This document shows positions 45,701 to 54,989 of a DNA stretch of 64,000 bases, piece by piece. A program made the translations under genes and the position numbers. The stretch lies in assembly GCA_964443495.1 (NCBI GenBank), contig CAYUCS010000001.1, positions 341,496-405,495 of the forward strand. Reading direction: 5' to 3'. Numbering within the stretch: the stretch's first letter is position 1; every line of letters begins with the position of its first letter. The notes beneath the pieces were generated by a model that saw only the letters and a list, made by a program, of their open reading frames with translations, had not been told where the DNA came from and made no database searches. The DNA is from an uncultured Gammaproteobacteria bacterium (GTDB lineage Bacteria > Patescibacteriota > Patescibacteriia > Patescibacteriales > GWE2-39-37).

Positions 45701-46102
45701 ATGCAACAGTCGAAGAATTTTGGCGAAGCGAAAGAGCGAGGATTGGAAGGCTACGGAACGATGCCCGGGCACGTGCTCGTCTTGAAACACGGCCTGATGG
45801 GCGCTTTTCCGGCATTGATACGCGAAGGTCTTGGGCTGTTCATCTGCACTGACCTCGAAGTCCTCAAGAAGGTCTGGGAGCTCTTGCCGAAGCGGCAAGC
45901 TAAGCTGCTCGAGCTTGAGCTGTGCGCGAACTTGGCCGAGAAGGTCGCCTTCAACCCCCAGCTTGGCGACGAGGCCCAGCCGATCAGAATCCTTGACGAA
46001 GAAGACTTCCGTATCATATCCTCGCGGCCCGACGCATTCATGTGGTCGCCGGGGCTACTCTCGCTGGACGGCGAGGGCGAAGTTCTTTCACCATTTGTCT
46101 GA
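45701..46102 (+). CDS. Hypothetical protein (133 aa)
   Basis: CAAGGAGGAGG Shine-Dalgarno; followed by a terminator. Confidence 0.55.
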   Translation: MQQSKNFGEAKERGLEGYGTMPGHVLVLKHGLMGAFPALIREGLGLFICTDLEVLKKVWELLPKRQAKLLELELCANLAEKVAFNPQLGDEAQPIRILDEEDFRIISSRPDAFMWSPGLLSLDGEGEVLSPFV

Positions 46103-46120
46103 AATCAACCCACTGACGGA

Positions 46121-46148
46121 AAACCCGCTTCGGTGGGTTTTTCTTTTT
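46121..46148 (+). terminator. Terminator ending the 44.1-46.1 kb operon
   Basis: AAACCCGC-TTCG-GTGGGTTT followed by a T-rich run. Confidence 0.65.
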
Positions 46149-46224
46149 GCGCGACCGCAAACTTAAAACGTTCGGCCATAAAAAAACTCCCGGACTAAGT
46201 CCGGGAGTTTTATATGAGTAGAGG

Positions 46225-46422
46225 TTAAGCGAGCTTAACGTTCACTGCGTTCATTCCTTTCGGCGATTCCTCTGATTCGAAAGTGACCTGATCACCTTCG
46301 TTGATCTGGTCAAAGCTGACGCCGACCAGGGAATTGCTGTGGAAGAACAGGTCCTTAGCTTCGCCATCGATGGCGATGAAGCCGAAACCTTTGTCAGTCT
46401 TCTTTTTGATAACTCCGTTCAT
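46225..46422 (-). CDS. cspA: Cold-shock protein (CspA family)
   Basis: KGFGFI (RNP1) and LFFHSN (RNP2-like) motifs; 65 aa. Confidence 0.9.
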   Translation of the reverse strand: MNGVIKKKTDKGFGFIAIDGEAKDLFFHSNSLVGVSFDQINEGDQVTFESEESPKGMNAVNVKLA

Positions 46423-46514
46423 GATGTAATATCATTACTTTGTAAAATGGTAAATCAAACATTTTTAAAGCTCGACGAATTCTCTTTTTCAAAACATTTT
46501 TTTCACTTAGATAT

Positions 46515-46543
46515 ATTGTAGCATAAAATTAAAAAATTGTCAA
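46515..46543 (-). promoter_or_regulatory. Sigma-70-type promoter for the csp gene with a ~90-nt leader
   Basis: Minus strand: TTGACA (46543-46538), 17-nt spacer, TACAAT (46520-46515). Confidence 0.55.
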
Positions 46544-46560
46544 GAATGCCGTTTGCCGGG

Positions 46561-46589
46561 TTGATTTTATGCGCTTAACACGGTAATAT
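46561..46589 (+). promoter_or_regulatory. Promoter for the 40-aa basic ORF
   Basis: TTGATT, 17-nt spacer, TAATAT. Confidence 0.45.
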
Positions 46590-46614
46590 TAGTATTATTC
46601 ATAAATATCCAAAT

Positions 46615-46737
46615 ATGGCTAAAAGAAGCACTGGTGTTGGTAGCAAAAAGACCGGCAGCCCGCACAAGACCGCCAAGCGCCTGGAAACGAAGCGTGTCAG
46701 GCTTGAAGAATTGGCAGCAAAAAGGAAGAAGCGCTAA
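46615..46737 (+). CDS. Highly basic 40-aa microprotein (not in the ORF track)
   Basis: MAKRSTGVGSKKTGSPHKTAKRLETKRVRLEELAAKRKKR*; has its own promoter and a downstream hairpin plus T-run (~46749-46778). Confidence 0.4.
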   Translation: MAKRSTGVGSKKTGSPHKTAKRLETKRVRLEELAAKRKKR

Positions 46738-46794
46738 TAGATACACTGCGAATAAAGACACACCCAGAAGGTGCGTCTTTTTTTGTCTTGCTTA

Positions 46795-47190
46795 TTACAT
46801 CTCGGCATCTGGGGATGGCTCCATCAGTCCGAAACGGTTGCCCTCGGTATCTTTGGCGCCGGCAAACCAGCCGACCCCGGGAATCTCCGACCGTTCCTTG
46901 GTGATGGTGCCGCCGGCTTTTTTGACGGCTTCGACCGCCTTGTCCAGATCCTTGACTTCGACGGTGCAGTCATAGAGATAGAATCTGTCCGAACCGTCCT
47001 TTGGCCGTTCGTATAGGCCGCCGTTGATGCCTGGCTCGCCTTCTTTGCCAGTGATGAGACCCCAGTAGTCCATGCCGCTCTCTTCCTTTTTCATCCATTG
47101 CACGATTTCCCACCCCAGGGTTTCCTGATAGAATTTCTTGGCGCGCTCGATGTCATCGGCTTGGATTTCGAAATGAATTACTCTGTTCAT
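46795..47190 (-). CDS. VOC/glyoxalase-bleomycin-resistance family protein
   Basis: VIHFEIQADDIERAKKFYQETLGW...GWFAGAKDTEGNRFGLM. Confidence 0.75.
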   Translation of the reverse strand: MNRVIHFEIQADDIERAKKFYQETLGWEIVQWMKKEESGMDYWGLITGKEGEPGINGGLYERPKDGSDRFYLYDCTVEVKDLDKAVEAVKKAGGTITKERSEIPGVGWFAGAKDTEGNRFGLMEPSPDAEM

Positions 47191-47206
47191 ATGGTTGATT
47201 TAATTA

Positions 47207-47782
47207 TTAGGTAGCTTGTTTTTCAAGCTTGACGGCCAGGCTTATGACCGTGTTGATGACCAGCTCGGCGTTCTTCGCGTGGAGCTCCTCGTTCAGCAAT
47301 TGGCCGTTCTCGTCGTAGGCCGCCCAGATAAAGGGAATAAGGACTTGGTCACGGACGCTGTACATCTTGAGTTCGGCCGCGACCAGGCGTTGCTGTTCGA
47401 CCGAGCGCGCACCGCCGGCCGCACCGCCATAGCCGACGTAGCCGATGGCTTTGCCGTTCCACTCCTTGTAACCGTAATCATAGGCGTTCTTGAGCGCGGC
47501 CGGGTAACCGTGGTTGTATTCCGGCGTAACAATGATGAATCCGTCGCCGTCGTCGATTTTCTCGAGCCAGCGGTTGACCGCCGGGTCGGCATGGGGTCCT
47601 TGCCGTGTCCCGGGCAGCTCGGCATCAGCGAATATCGGTAGCGGATAGTCGCGGAGATCGAGGAGTTCAAAATCGGCCCGGTCGTTCTTGCTGGCGATCG
47701 CCATGAACCACTCGGCCACCTTGGCGCCTGCTCGCCCTTCGCGGATGCTGGCTAGGATGACTTTTATTTTCGGTTTGTCCAT
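47207..47782 (-). CDS. NAD(P)H-dependent FMN reductase family protein
   Basis: KIKVILASIREGRAGAKVAEW...FIIVTPEYNHGYPAALKNAYDY. Confidence 0.75.
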   Translation of the reverse strand: MDKPKIKVILASIREGRAGAKVAEWFMAIASKNDRADFELLDLRDYPLPIFADAELPGTRQGPHADPAVNRWLEKIDDGDGFIIVTPEYNHGYPAALKNAYDYGYKEWNGKAIGYVGYGGAAGGARSVEQQRLVAAELKMYSVRDQVLIPFIWAAYDENGQLLNEELHAKNAELVINTVISLAVKLEKQAT

Positions 47783-47941
47783 ATGATTATCTTACTGCCC
47801 ATGTAATTTACCTCCCCGGAATTAAATAAATGTTAAGACGCCTCGGTTGACTAAAAAGCTGCTGATTGGTAAGCTTTCGTGATAATTCCTCGGCTTCGGA
47901 CCGAGAATCCGGCTCATTAATACAACGCAAAGGAGGAAGGT

Positions 47942-48538
47942 ATGGCAACGGAAGGTTGGAAATCGGAAATATTCATCAGTGCCGACATCGAGGCGGACGG
48001 CAGGGTGCCGGGCATCAACTCCATGCTCTCGCTGGGCTCCGTGGCCCTGCGGGTCAATGAGTCCGGGTATGAGGAGATAGCTACTTTCGAGGCCAATCTG
48101 CTCGAACTGCCCGGAGCCGTGCGCGACCCCGAGGTAATGGCCTGGTGGCAGAAATTCCCCGAGGCTTGGGACAGGTGCCGGACTGGCGCTCGGCCGGCAG
48201 CAGATGTCATGCATGATTATCTTGCCTGGATCAAAGGCTTGCCAGACCGCGCCGGCCTGGTCGCCTATCCGGGGGCTTTCGATTTCATGTTCATCTATTG
48301 GTATCTCTACGCCCTGACCGGACAGCGGCCGTTCAATGCCTCGGCGCTGTGCGTCAAGTCGTATGCCATGGGCATGTTGGGTGAGGCTTCGTGGCTTGAC
48401 TTCGAGCGCAAACGGATACCGGAAAAGTATCTTTCATCCCACCCGCACGACCACACGCCGCTTAACGACTCGATCGAACAAGGACAGATCTTCGCCGCCC
48501 TCTATCGGGACAACGTCATTGGCCGAACAAGGCGCTAA
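47942..48538 (+). CDS. DEDDh 3'-5' exonuclease (Rv2179c-like exoribonuclease family)
   Basis: SADIEADG (ExoI), AYPGAFDFMF (ExoII), HTPLNDSIEQG (ExoIII H-x4-D); AAAGGAGGAAGG Shine-Dalgarno. Confidence 0.65.
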   Translation: MATEGWKSEIFISADIEADGRVPGINSMLSLGSVALRVNESGYEEIATFEANLLELPGAVRDPEVMAWWQKFPEAWDRCRTGARPAADVMHDYLAWIKGLPDRAGLVAYPGAFDFMFIYWYLYALTGQRPFNASALCVKSYAMGMLGEASWLDFERKRIPEKYLSSHPHDHTPLNDSIEQGQIFAALYRDNVIGRTRR

Positions 48539-48606
48539 GGCGTCGTTCGTGCTTTGCTCCCGCCGCATCGGTTTCCGGTGCGGCTTTTTTCATCCGGAAG
48601 GCAGGC

Positions 48607-48635
48607 ATTGATATATGTCTAAAAATGTGTTATCT
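48607..48635 (+). promoter_or_regulatory. Promoter for the 48.7-50.7 kb operon
   Basis: TTGATA, 17-nt spacer ending in TGT, TATCTT. Confidence 0.4.
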
Positions 48636-48678
48636 TAGTAAGAATTTTTTTGCTCATTAAACAATCCGGGAGGGTGAC

Positions 48679-49602
48679 ATGGAAAAGGCATTGCAGGTCT
48701 TCAGAACGGCTTTGGGGTTGAAGCATAGGAACCTGATAAGACGCTGGCGCTGGCTGGAACGGAATTATCATCCGGAACATGACGAGGAAATCAGGTCGAT
48801 CCTGGAGGAATTAAAAGCGGTATCGCTTACTTTGAGGAATGAGGTCGGGTGGTCGTACATCGACGACCTGTCGACGTTCATGAACCTGCAAATCAGGCAC
48901 AAGATGGACGACCTCAAGGCTCGAGTCATGAATCTCGTTGATCCGCCTGGCCAGGCCGCAGTTTCGAAACTGGTGTCGGAAATAAGGCAATTGATCGCCG
49001 CGTCCAGCGAAGAGCTCAAGCAGTATAAAGGCGGCTCCAACTGCCTCGACGCCAAGGACTATGAGATGAAAATTTCATTGCTTGAGTCGATTTCAAAGAA
49101 GCCGCTGACTAGCGGCGAAGTCCGTGCCGTAGTCGACGATTATGAATCTTCGCAGGGCTACATGATCCATAACTTCGAAGAAGAAGGGGGCGATCCGATC
49201 GTCGAATGCATCCCGTTGCCTAAAGAGCCTGACGAGGATGACATCTTAGGCCAGCACGGCATAGTAATGGGGTTCCGTGTCGGCTATATGGCGATGGGCA
49301 GCTGGATATTTCCGATCGTCGAAACCGAGGATGACCGTATCGGCATACCGATCGAGAAATTGCTTGCCGAATTCGGCGGCTGTCCCAGGGGACGCGTAAA
49401 TGACATGGAAAAAAGGCAGAATGATGGTTACGATATGTACCGCAAGCGGTGCAGCTGTTGCCTGAGGCACGTCTGCCCGGGCGGAGATTTGTATTTCGCC
49501 TGGAACCTGAAAGCGTTGGCGGCGAAATTTTTACGGGTCAAAAACCGATCGCAAGAGTCAATCAGGGCCTTGCTGGATTTCAGCGGCTATCAAGCTTCCT
49601 AA
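48679..49602 (+). CDS. Hypothetical protein (307 aa) with a weak J-domain-like N-terminus and a C-terminal Cys cluster
   Basis: GGGAGGGTG Shine-Dalgarno; LIRRWRWLERNYHPEHDEE (HPE where a J domain has HPD); RKRCSCCLRHVCPGG. Confidence 0.55.
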   Translation: MEKALQVFRTALGLKHRNLIRRWRWLERNYHPEHDEEIRSILEELKAVSLTLRNEVGWSYIDDLSTFMNLQIRHKMDDLKARVMNLVDPPGQAAVSKLVSEIRQLIAASSEELKQYKGGSNCLDAKDYEMKISLLESISKKPLTSGEVRAVVDDYESSQGYMIHNFEEEGGDPIVECIPLPKEPDEDDILGQHGIVMGFRVGYMAMGSWIFPIVETEDDRIGIPIEKLLAEFGGCPRGRVNDMEKRQNDGYDMYRKRCSCCLRHVCPGGDLYFAWNLKALAAKFLRVKNRSQESIRALLDFSGYQAS

Positions 49603-49613
49603 GGAGGGAAAAA

Positions 49614-50081
49614 GTGATCGATATCAAGGGGAATATCAAGGGGGTCGAGGGCGACCCGTCGAATTTCAGGTTGCGCCGTTTCAGGTTCCGCGGAGTCGAG
49701 TGCGAGTGCATGGAGTCATTACTGCAGGCTTTTAAGTTCGAAAACCGGGAAGTGCAGCAGTTCATCTGCCAGCTTCGACCGCGCATCGCCAAGCTTATCG
49801 GGACAGAGCGAAACCAGGTCTGGCAAGCCTCCTTGACCTTGTGGTGGGACGACCAGCCTTATCATCGGTTATCGCCGGAGTATCAGGAACTGTTGGACGA
49901 GGCTTATGAAGCACTGTCCCTGAACCAGGACTTCGTCAACGCTTTGCTCGCGACCGGCGATGAAATGCTGACCCACAGCATCGGCGAAAGGGATCCGACC
50001 AGGACCGTCTTGACCGAGGAGGAGTTCTGCTCGCGCCTAATGAAAATCAGGCGCATCAAACAAGGGAGGGAAGCATGCTGA
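49614..50081 (+). CDS. NADAR (YbiA/DUF1768)-like protein, tentative
   Basis: AAGGAGGG Shine-Dalgarno plus GTG start; PSNF...FRGVECECMESLLQAFKF...ALLATGDEMLTHS mirrors the NADAR blocks LSNF / SxEHxxQAxKF / LLxTGxxxLxE. Confidence 0.45.
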   Translation: MIDIKGNIKGVEGDPSNFRLRRFRFRGVECECMESLLQAFKFENREVQQFICQLRPRIAKLIGTERNQVWQASLTLWWDDQPYHRLSPEYQELLDEAYEALSLNQDFVNALLATGDEMLTHSIGERDPTRTVLTEEEFCSRLMKIRRIKQGREAC

Positions 50082-50305
50082 CTATCGAACAGATGAATAA
50101 AGCGGCGCGGATTATCGAAATCGAAGGGGCAGACGGCTATGTGGCGGCGGCCAGGGAGTTTGGCCGTGAAGCGGCGATGCTGCTTCTGGTGGCCCACCTG
50201 CGCAGGGCGGCCGGTTCGATGGATTCTTTTCCGCCGGATAGCGCCATCGACGCGTCGGTCATCGAAACTGTCGATCGCATAATCAAGGAGAAAGCCCATG
50301 CCTAA
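50075..50305 (+). CDS. Hypothetical protein (76 aa)
   Basis: GGGAGGGAAG Shine-Dalgarno; 7-nt overlap with the upstream gene. Confidence 0.5.
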   Translation: MLTIEQMNKAARIIEIEGADGYVAAAREFGREAAMLLLVAHLRRAAGSMDSFPPDSAIDASVIETVDRIIKEKAHA

Positions 50306-50705
50306 GCGCACTATGGAACAGATGATTGCCCGCCGGATCAGGGAATTCAACGCCCTGCCGCCCGAACGGCGTATCCGCCGCACGCAGCTGCTACGCCAGC
50401 TGTTGCGTCTCGAAGGAGTGGTGAACGTCATAATCTATGGGCGCGCCTGCTACTACCCGACGCTCAAGAAGATGCTTGCCGCCCCACCCTGGCACGAGAA
50501 GGCCCATCCGAGGTATCTCGAAGTCTTTACTTCGACCGGCAAGAGCAAGGAAGGCTTCCTTGCGATCAATGAGCCGGCCGGAGAAGGGACGCTCGAACAT
50601 GAAAGGGTCCCGTTGGCCGACATCAAGCTTGGGTCGGACCAACTGCTCAAGGGGATAGAAGAAAACCGCTTCCTCTTGCAGATAACCGTGAATTCCAAGC
50701 AATGA
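50298..50705 (+). CDS. Hypothetical protein (135 aa)
   Basis: AAGGAGAAAG Shine-Dalgarno; 8-nt overlap with the upstream gene; Arg-rich N-terminus. Confidence 0.5.
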   Translation: MPKRTMEQMIARRIREFNALPPERRIRRTQLLRQLLRLEGVVNVIIYGRACYYPTLKKMLAAPPWHEKAHPRYLEVFTSTGKSKEGFLAINEPAGEGTLEHERVPLADIKLGSDQLLKGIEENRFLLQITVNSKQ

Positions 50706-50725
50706 CAGTCATCAGCTGATTTGTC

Positions 50726-50760
50726 AGGCGCCCCGGCTTATGCCGAGGGCGCCTTTTCTT
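50726..50760 (+). terminator. Terminator ending the 48.7-50.7 kb operon
   Basis: AGGCGCCC / GGGCGCCT outer stem with inner CGGC/GCCG, then TTTT. Confidence 0.65.
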
Positions 50761-50826
50761 AACCGTTAGTTAATCCAACAGAGCCAAGATGATGATACGC
50801 AACGAATAAGAGAGGGGGTGAGAAAT

Positions 50827-51015
50827 ATGATGTCGCTAAAATGCCAGGATATGGGCATGGATTGCCGTTTCGTGGCCCATGGCCATACCAAGGACGAAGT
50901 CAAGAAAGAGATGATGGATCACGCCATGATGGCGCATCCGGAGGTTTTAGGCGGTCCGCCGGAAGAAATGGAGCAGATGGAAAAGCTTATGGACGAAATG
51001 ACCAAGGAGGATTGA
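50827..51015 (+). CDS. DUF1059-like small metal-binding protein
   Basis: MMSLKCQDMGMDCRFVAHGHTKDEVKKEMMDHAMMAHPE; GAGGGGG Shine-Dalgarno 8 nt upstream. Confidence 0.55.
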   Translation: MMSLKCQDMGMDCRFVAHGHTKDEVKKEMMDHAMMAHPEVLGGPPEEMEQMEKLMDEMTKED

Positions 51016-51120
51016 CGGGCCAGGCAATCGATGGCCCGTGTCGGCTGGCTGGACTTGGAAACGGTAAAAAGGTACAATTAAGCAGTAATCATTAAGAAAT
51101 AAGACAGTCGAATCAACCTG

Positions 51121-51693
51121 ATGTACATATTTTTTGACACGGAGACGACCGGTTTGCCGAAGAATTGGAAGGCGCCGATTACGGATTCCGACAACTGGCC
51201 GCGAATGGTCCAGCTAGCTTGGCAGCATTACGACGAAAAGGGCAATCTCTTGAACAGCAATAATTATCTGATCAGGCCTAGCGGCTTCACCATTCCTGAA
51301 GCGGCTTTCAAGATCCATGGGATTTCGACTGAGCGGGCTTGGAATGAGGGTCGCGAGCTTGAGCAAGCTTTGATCGATTTCAGCCGGGCGACGGCCGAGG
51401 CCAAGTTCTTGGTAGCGCATAATATCGCTTTCGATCTGAAAATCGTCGGCGCGGAGTTGCTCCGTCTCGGCTTGCCGGTAGAGGCTTTGGATATGCCGCA
51501 GCTTGATACCATGAAGGCGGGTGCGAGCGTCTGCCAGCTTCCCAGCCTGTACGGCGGCTTCAAGGCGCCGAGCCTGACCGAACTGCATCGCCATCTTTTC
51601 AATGAGGATTTCGACGGCGCCCATGATGCTTTGGCCGACGTCGAGGCTTGTGCCAGATCGTTCTTCGCTTTGAAAGAGCGTGGCGCCATCTGA
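51121..51693 (+). CDS. DnaQ/epsilon-like DEDDh 3'-5' exonuclease
   Basis: FFDTETTGLP (ExoI), LVAHNIAFDLKIV (ExoII), HDALADVEA (ExoIII). Confidence 0.8.
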   Translation: MYIFFDTETTGLPKNWKAPITDSDNWPRMVQLAWQHYDEKGNLLNSNNYLIRPSGFTIPEAAFKIHGISTERAWNEGRELEQALIDFSRATAEAKFLVAHNIAFDLKIVGAELLRLGLPVEALDMPQLDTMKAGASVCQLPSLYGGFKAPSLTELHRHLFNEDFDGAHDALADVEACARSFFALKERGAI

Positions 51694-51732
51694 CATCCGC
51701 GATTTGAAAATATCAGCAGTAATCAAAAACAT

Positions 51733-52020
51733 ATGACAAAAGCCAAATCAACCAAAGAAAAATTTTCCGAAGAGGAATTCTCCAAGGAATTCAAGGTTTC
51801 CGGCGAAAAGCTGGTCAAAAAAGTGAAAGAACTCATCAAGGAGGGCAACGCCCGCAAGATTATCATCAAGGACGAGAAGGGTAAATCGATCATGGAGTTG
51901 CCGGTGACCGTAGGCGCGGTCGGCGTGATTCTGGCTCCGGTCTTGGCCGCAGTCGGAGCTTTGGCCGCCCTGCTGACCGAATGCACTATCGTGGTGGTCA
52001 AAGAGAAGAAGAAAAAATAA
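51733..52020 (+). CDS. DUF4342-like protein
   Basis: EFKVSGEKLVKKVKELIKEGNARKIIIKDEKGKSIMELPVTVGAVGVILAPVLAAVGA. Confidence 0.5.
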   Translation: MTKAKSTKEKFSEEEFSKEFKVSGEKLVKKVKELIKEGNARKIIIKDEKGKSIMELPVTVGAVGVILAPVLAAVGALAALLTECTIVVVKEKKKK

Positions 52021-52032
52021 TCTCAAGATAAG

Positions 52033-52069
52033 AAAAAAGCCGCCTCGGTAATATACCGTGGCGGCTTTT
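52033..52069. terminator. Bidirectional terminator
   Basis: GCCGCCTCGGTA / TACCGTGGCGGC stem with one mismatch, flanked by A6 and T4. Confidence 0.6.
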
Positions 52070-52100
52070 GCTTGCGTGTCGTTGCCATGATGATAGCTTT

Positions 52101-52721
52101 TCATTCGGCGACGGGTTGCGCAAGCAGCTCATCAATGGCCGCTTCCAGTTCGTGGATAAGGATGAAGTGTTTTTCGGCGAACGGGAGATAAAAGCGCCGG
52201 GTTTCCTCGATTTTGCGCGCGCGTTTTTCGGCGGTGCAGACCCACATCGTGAGCAGGTTGTGGAGGCGGTCGGCCATCTTTAGGATGAAGAATTCCCTCG
52301 GTGCATGGATGAAGCGGCGGTGATAGACCAGGTGGCACTCTTCCTTGTCCGGAAAGTCGGCTGAGGGTTTGGTCATCCACTCGACCAGCAGGGCGATTTC
52401 CTCACCGTACTCGACCCGGACCCGCTCGATGGTCCACGACGGTATGTCCTCGACGATGTCGTGGAGCAGGGCGGCGACGATGATCTTGTAGTCGTGCGTC
52501 CGCAGGTAAAGGATGGCGATGAGCGCGACGGCGCGCAAGTGTTCGAAATAGCGCTGGCCGTCTTCCCGCATTATTTCGCGGAAGGCGTCCTTGGCATCCT
52601 TGTAGGCTTTCTCGATCAGCTTGTAGCGCCAGTCGAGCGTCGGGTAGAGGGTGGCGATGATCTTGAAGAATTTCTTCTTGTCGTGCGCTCCGGCCAGGAT
52701 GTTCTTGACTTTGGCTAACAT
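52101..52721 (-). CDS. HD-domain (p)ppGpp hydrolase-like protein (SpoT/Mesh1-type small alarmone hydrolase)
   Basis: YFEHLRAVA, AALLHDIVEDI, LKMADRLHNL; no synthetase domain. Confidence 0.65.
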   Translation of the reverse strand: MLAKVKNILAGAHDKKKFFKIIATLYPTLDWRYKLIEKAYKDAKDAFREIMREDGQRYFEHLRAVALIAILYLRTHDYKIIVAALLHDIVEDIPSWTIERVRVEYGEEIALLVEWMTKPSADFPDKEECHLVYHRRFIHAPREFFILKMADRLHNLLTMWVCTAEKRARKIEETRRFYLPFAEKHFILIHELEAAIDELLAQPVAE

Positions 52722-52762
52722 GGCGGCTACCTCCTTTGTTGGGATTTGAAAGTGCGTATATC

Positions 52763-52789
52763 AAAAAACCGCTCGGGCGAGCGGTTTTT
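52763..52789. terminator. Terminator downstream of gyrB
   Basis: AACCGCTCG / CGAGCGGTT stem flanked by A6 and T5. Confidence 0.7.
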
Positions 52790-52791
52790 GG

Positions 52792-54828
<2,037 letters not shown>

Positions 54829-54989
54829 CTATTTTTAATACAAAAATAGAGCCCAGAAGCGACTCCTTTATCTTGCTATAATTGTAGCAAAAACAGAGCT
54901 TTTTAGCAAGGTTTTTACTGGCTATAATATTTGTCAGATAGGTGATTTTCGTGCTAAAATTGAGCTATATTCATCATTCAACCCCCCTT

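Noticed and set aside
43500-51700. Prophage interpretation of the orphan-gene region downstream of tRNA-Gln
   Set aside because: I can recognise no terminase, portal, capsid, tail, lysis or repressor genes. The region is interspersed with ordinary genes (csp, VOC, FMN reductase), its composition looks native, and I found no distal att repeat.
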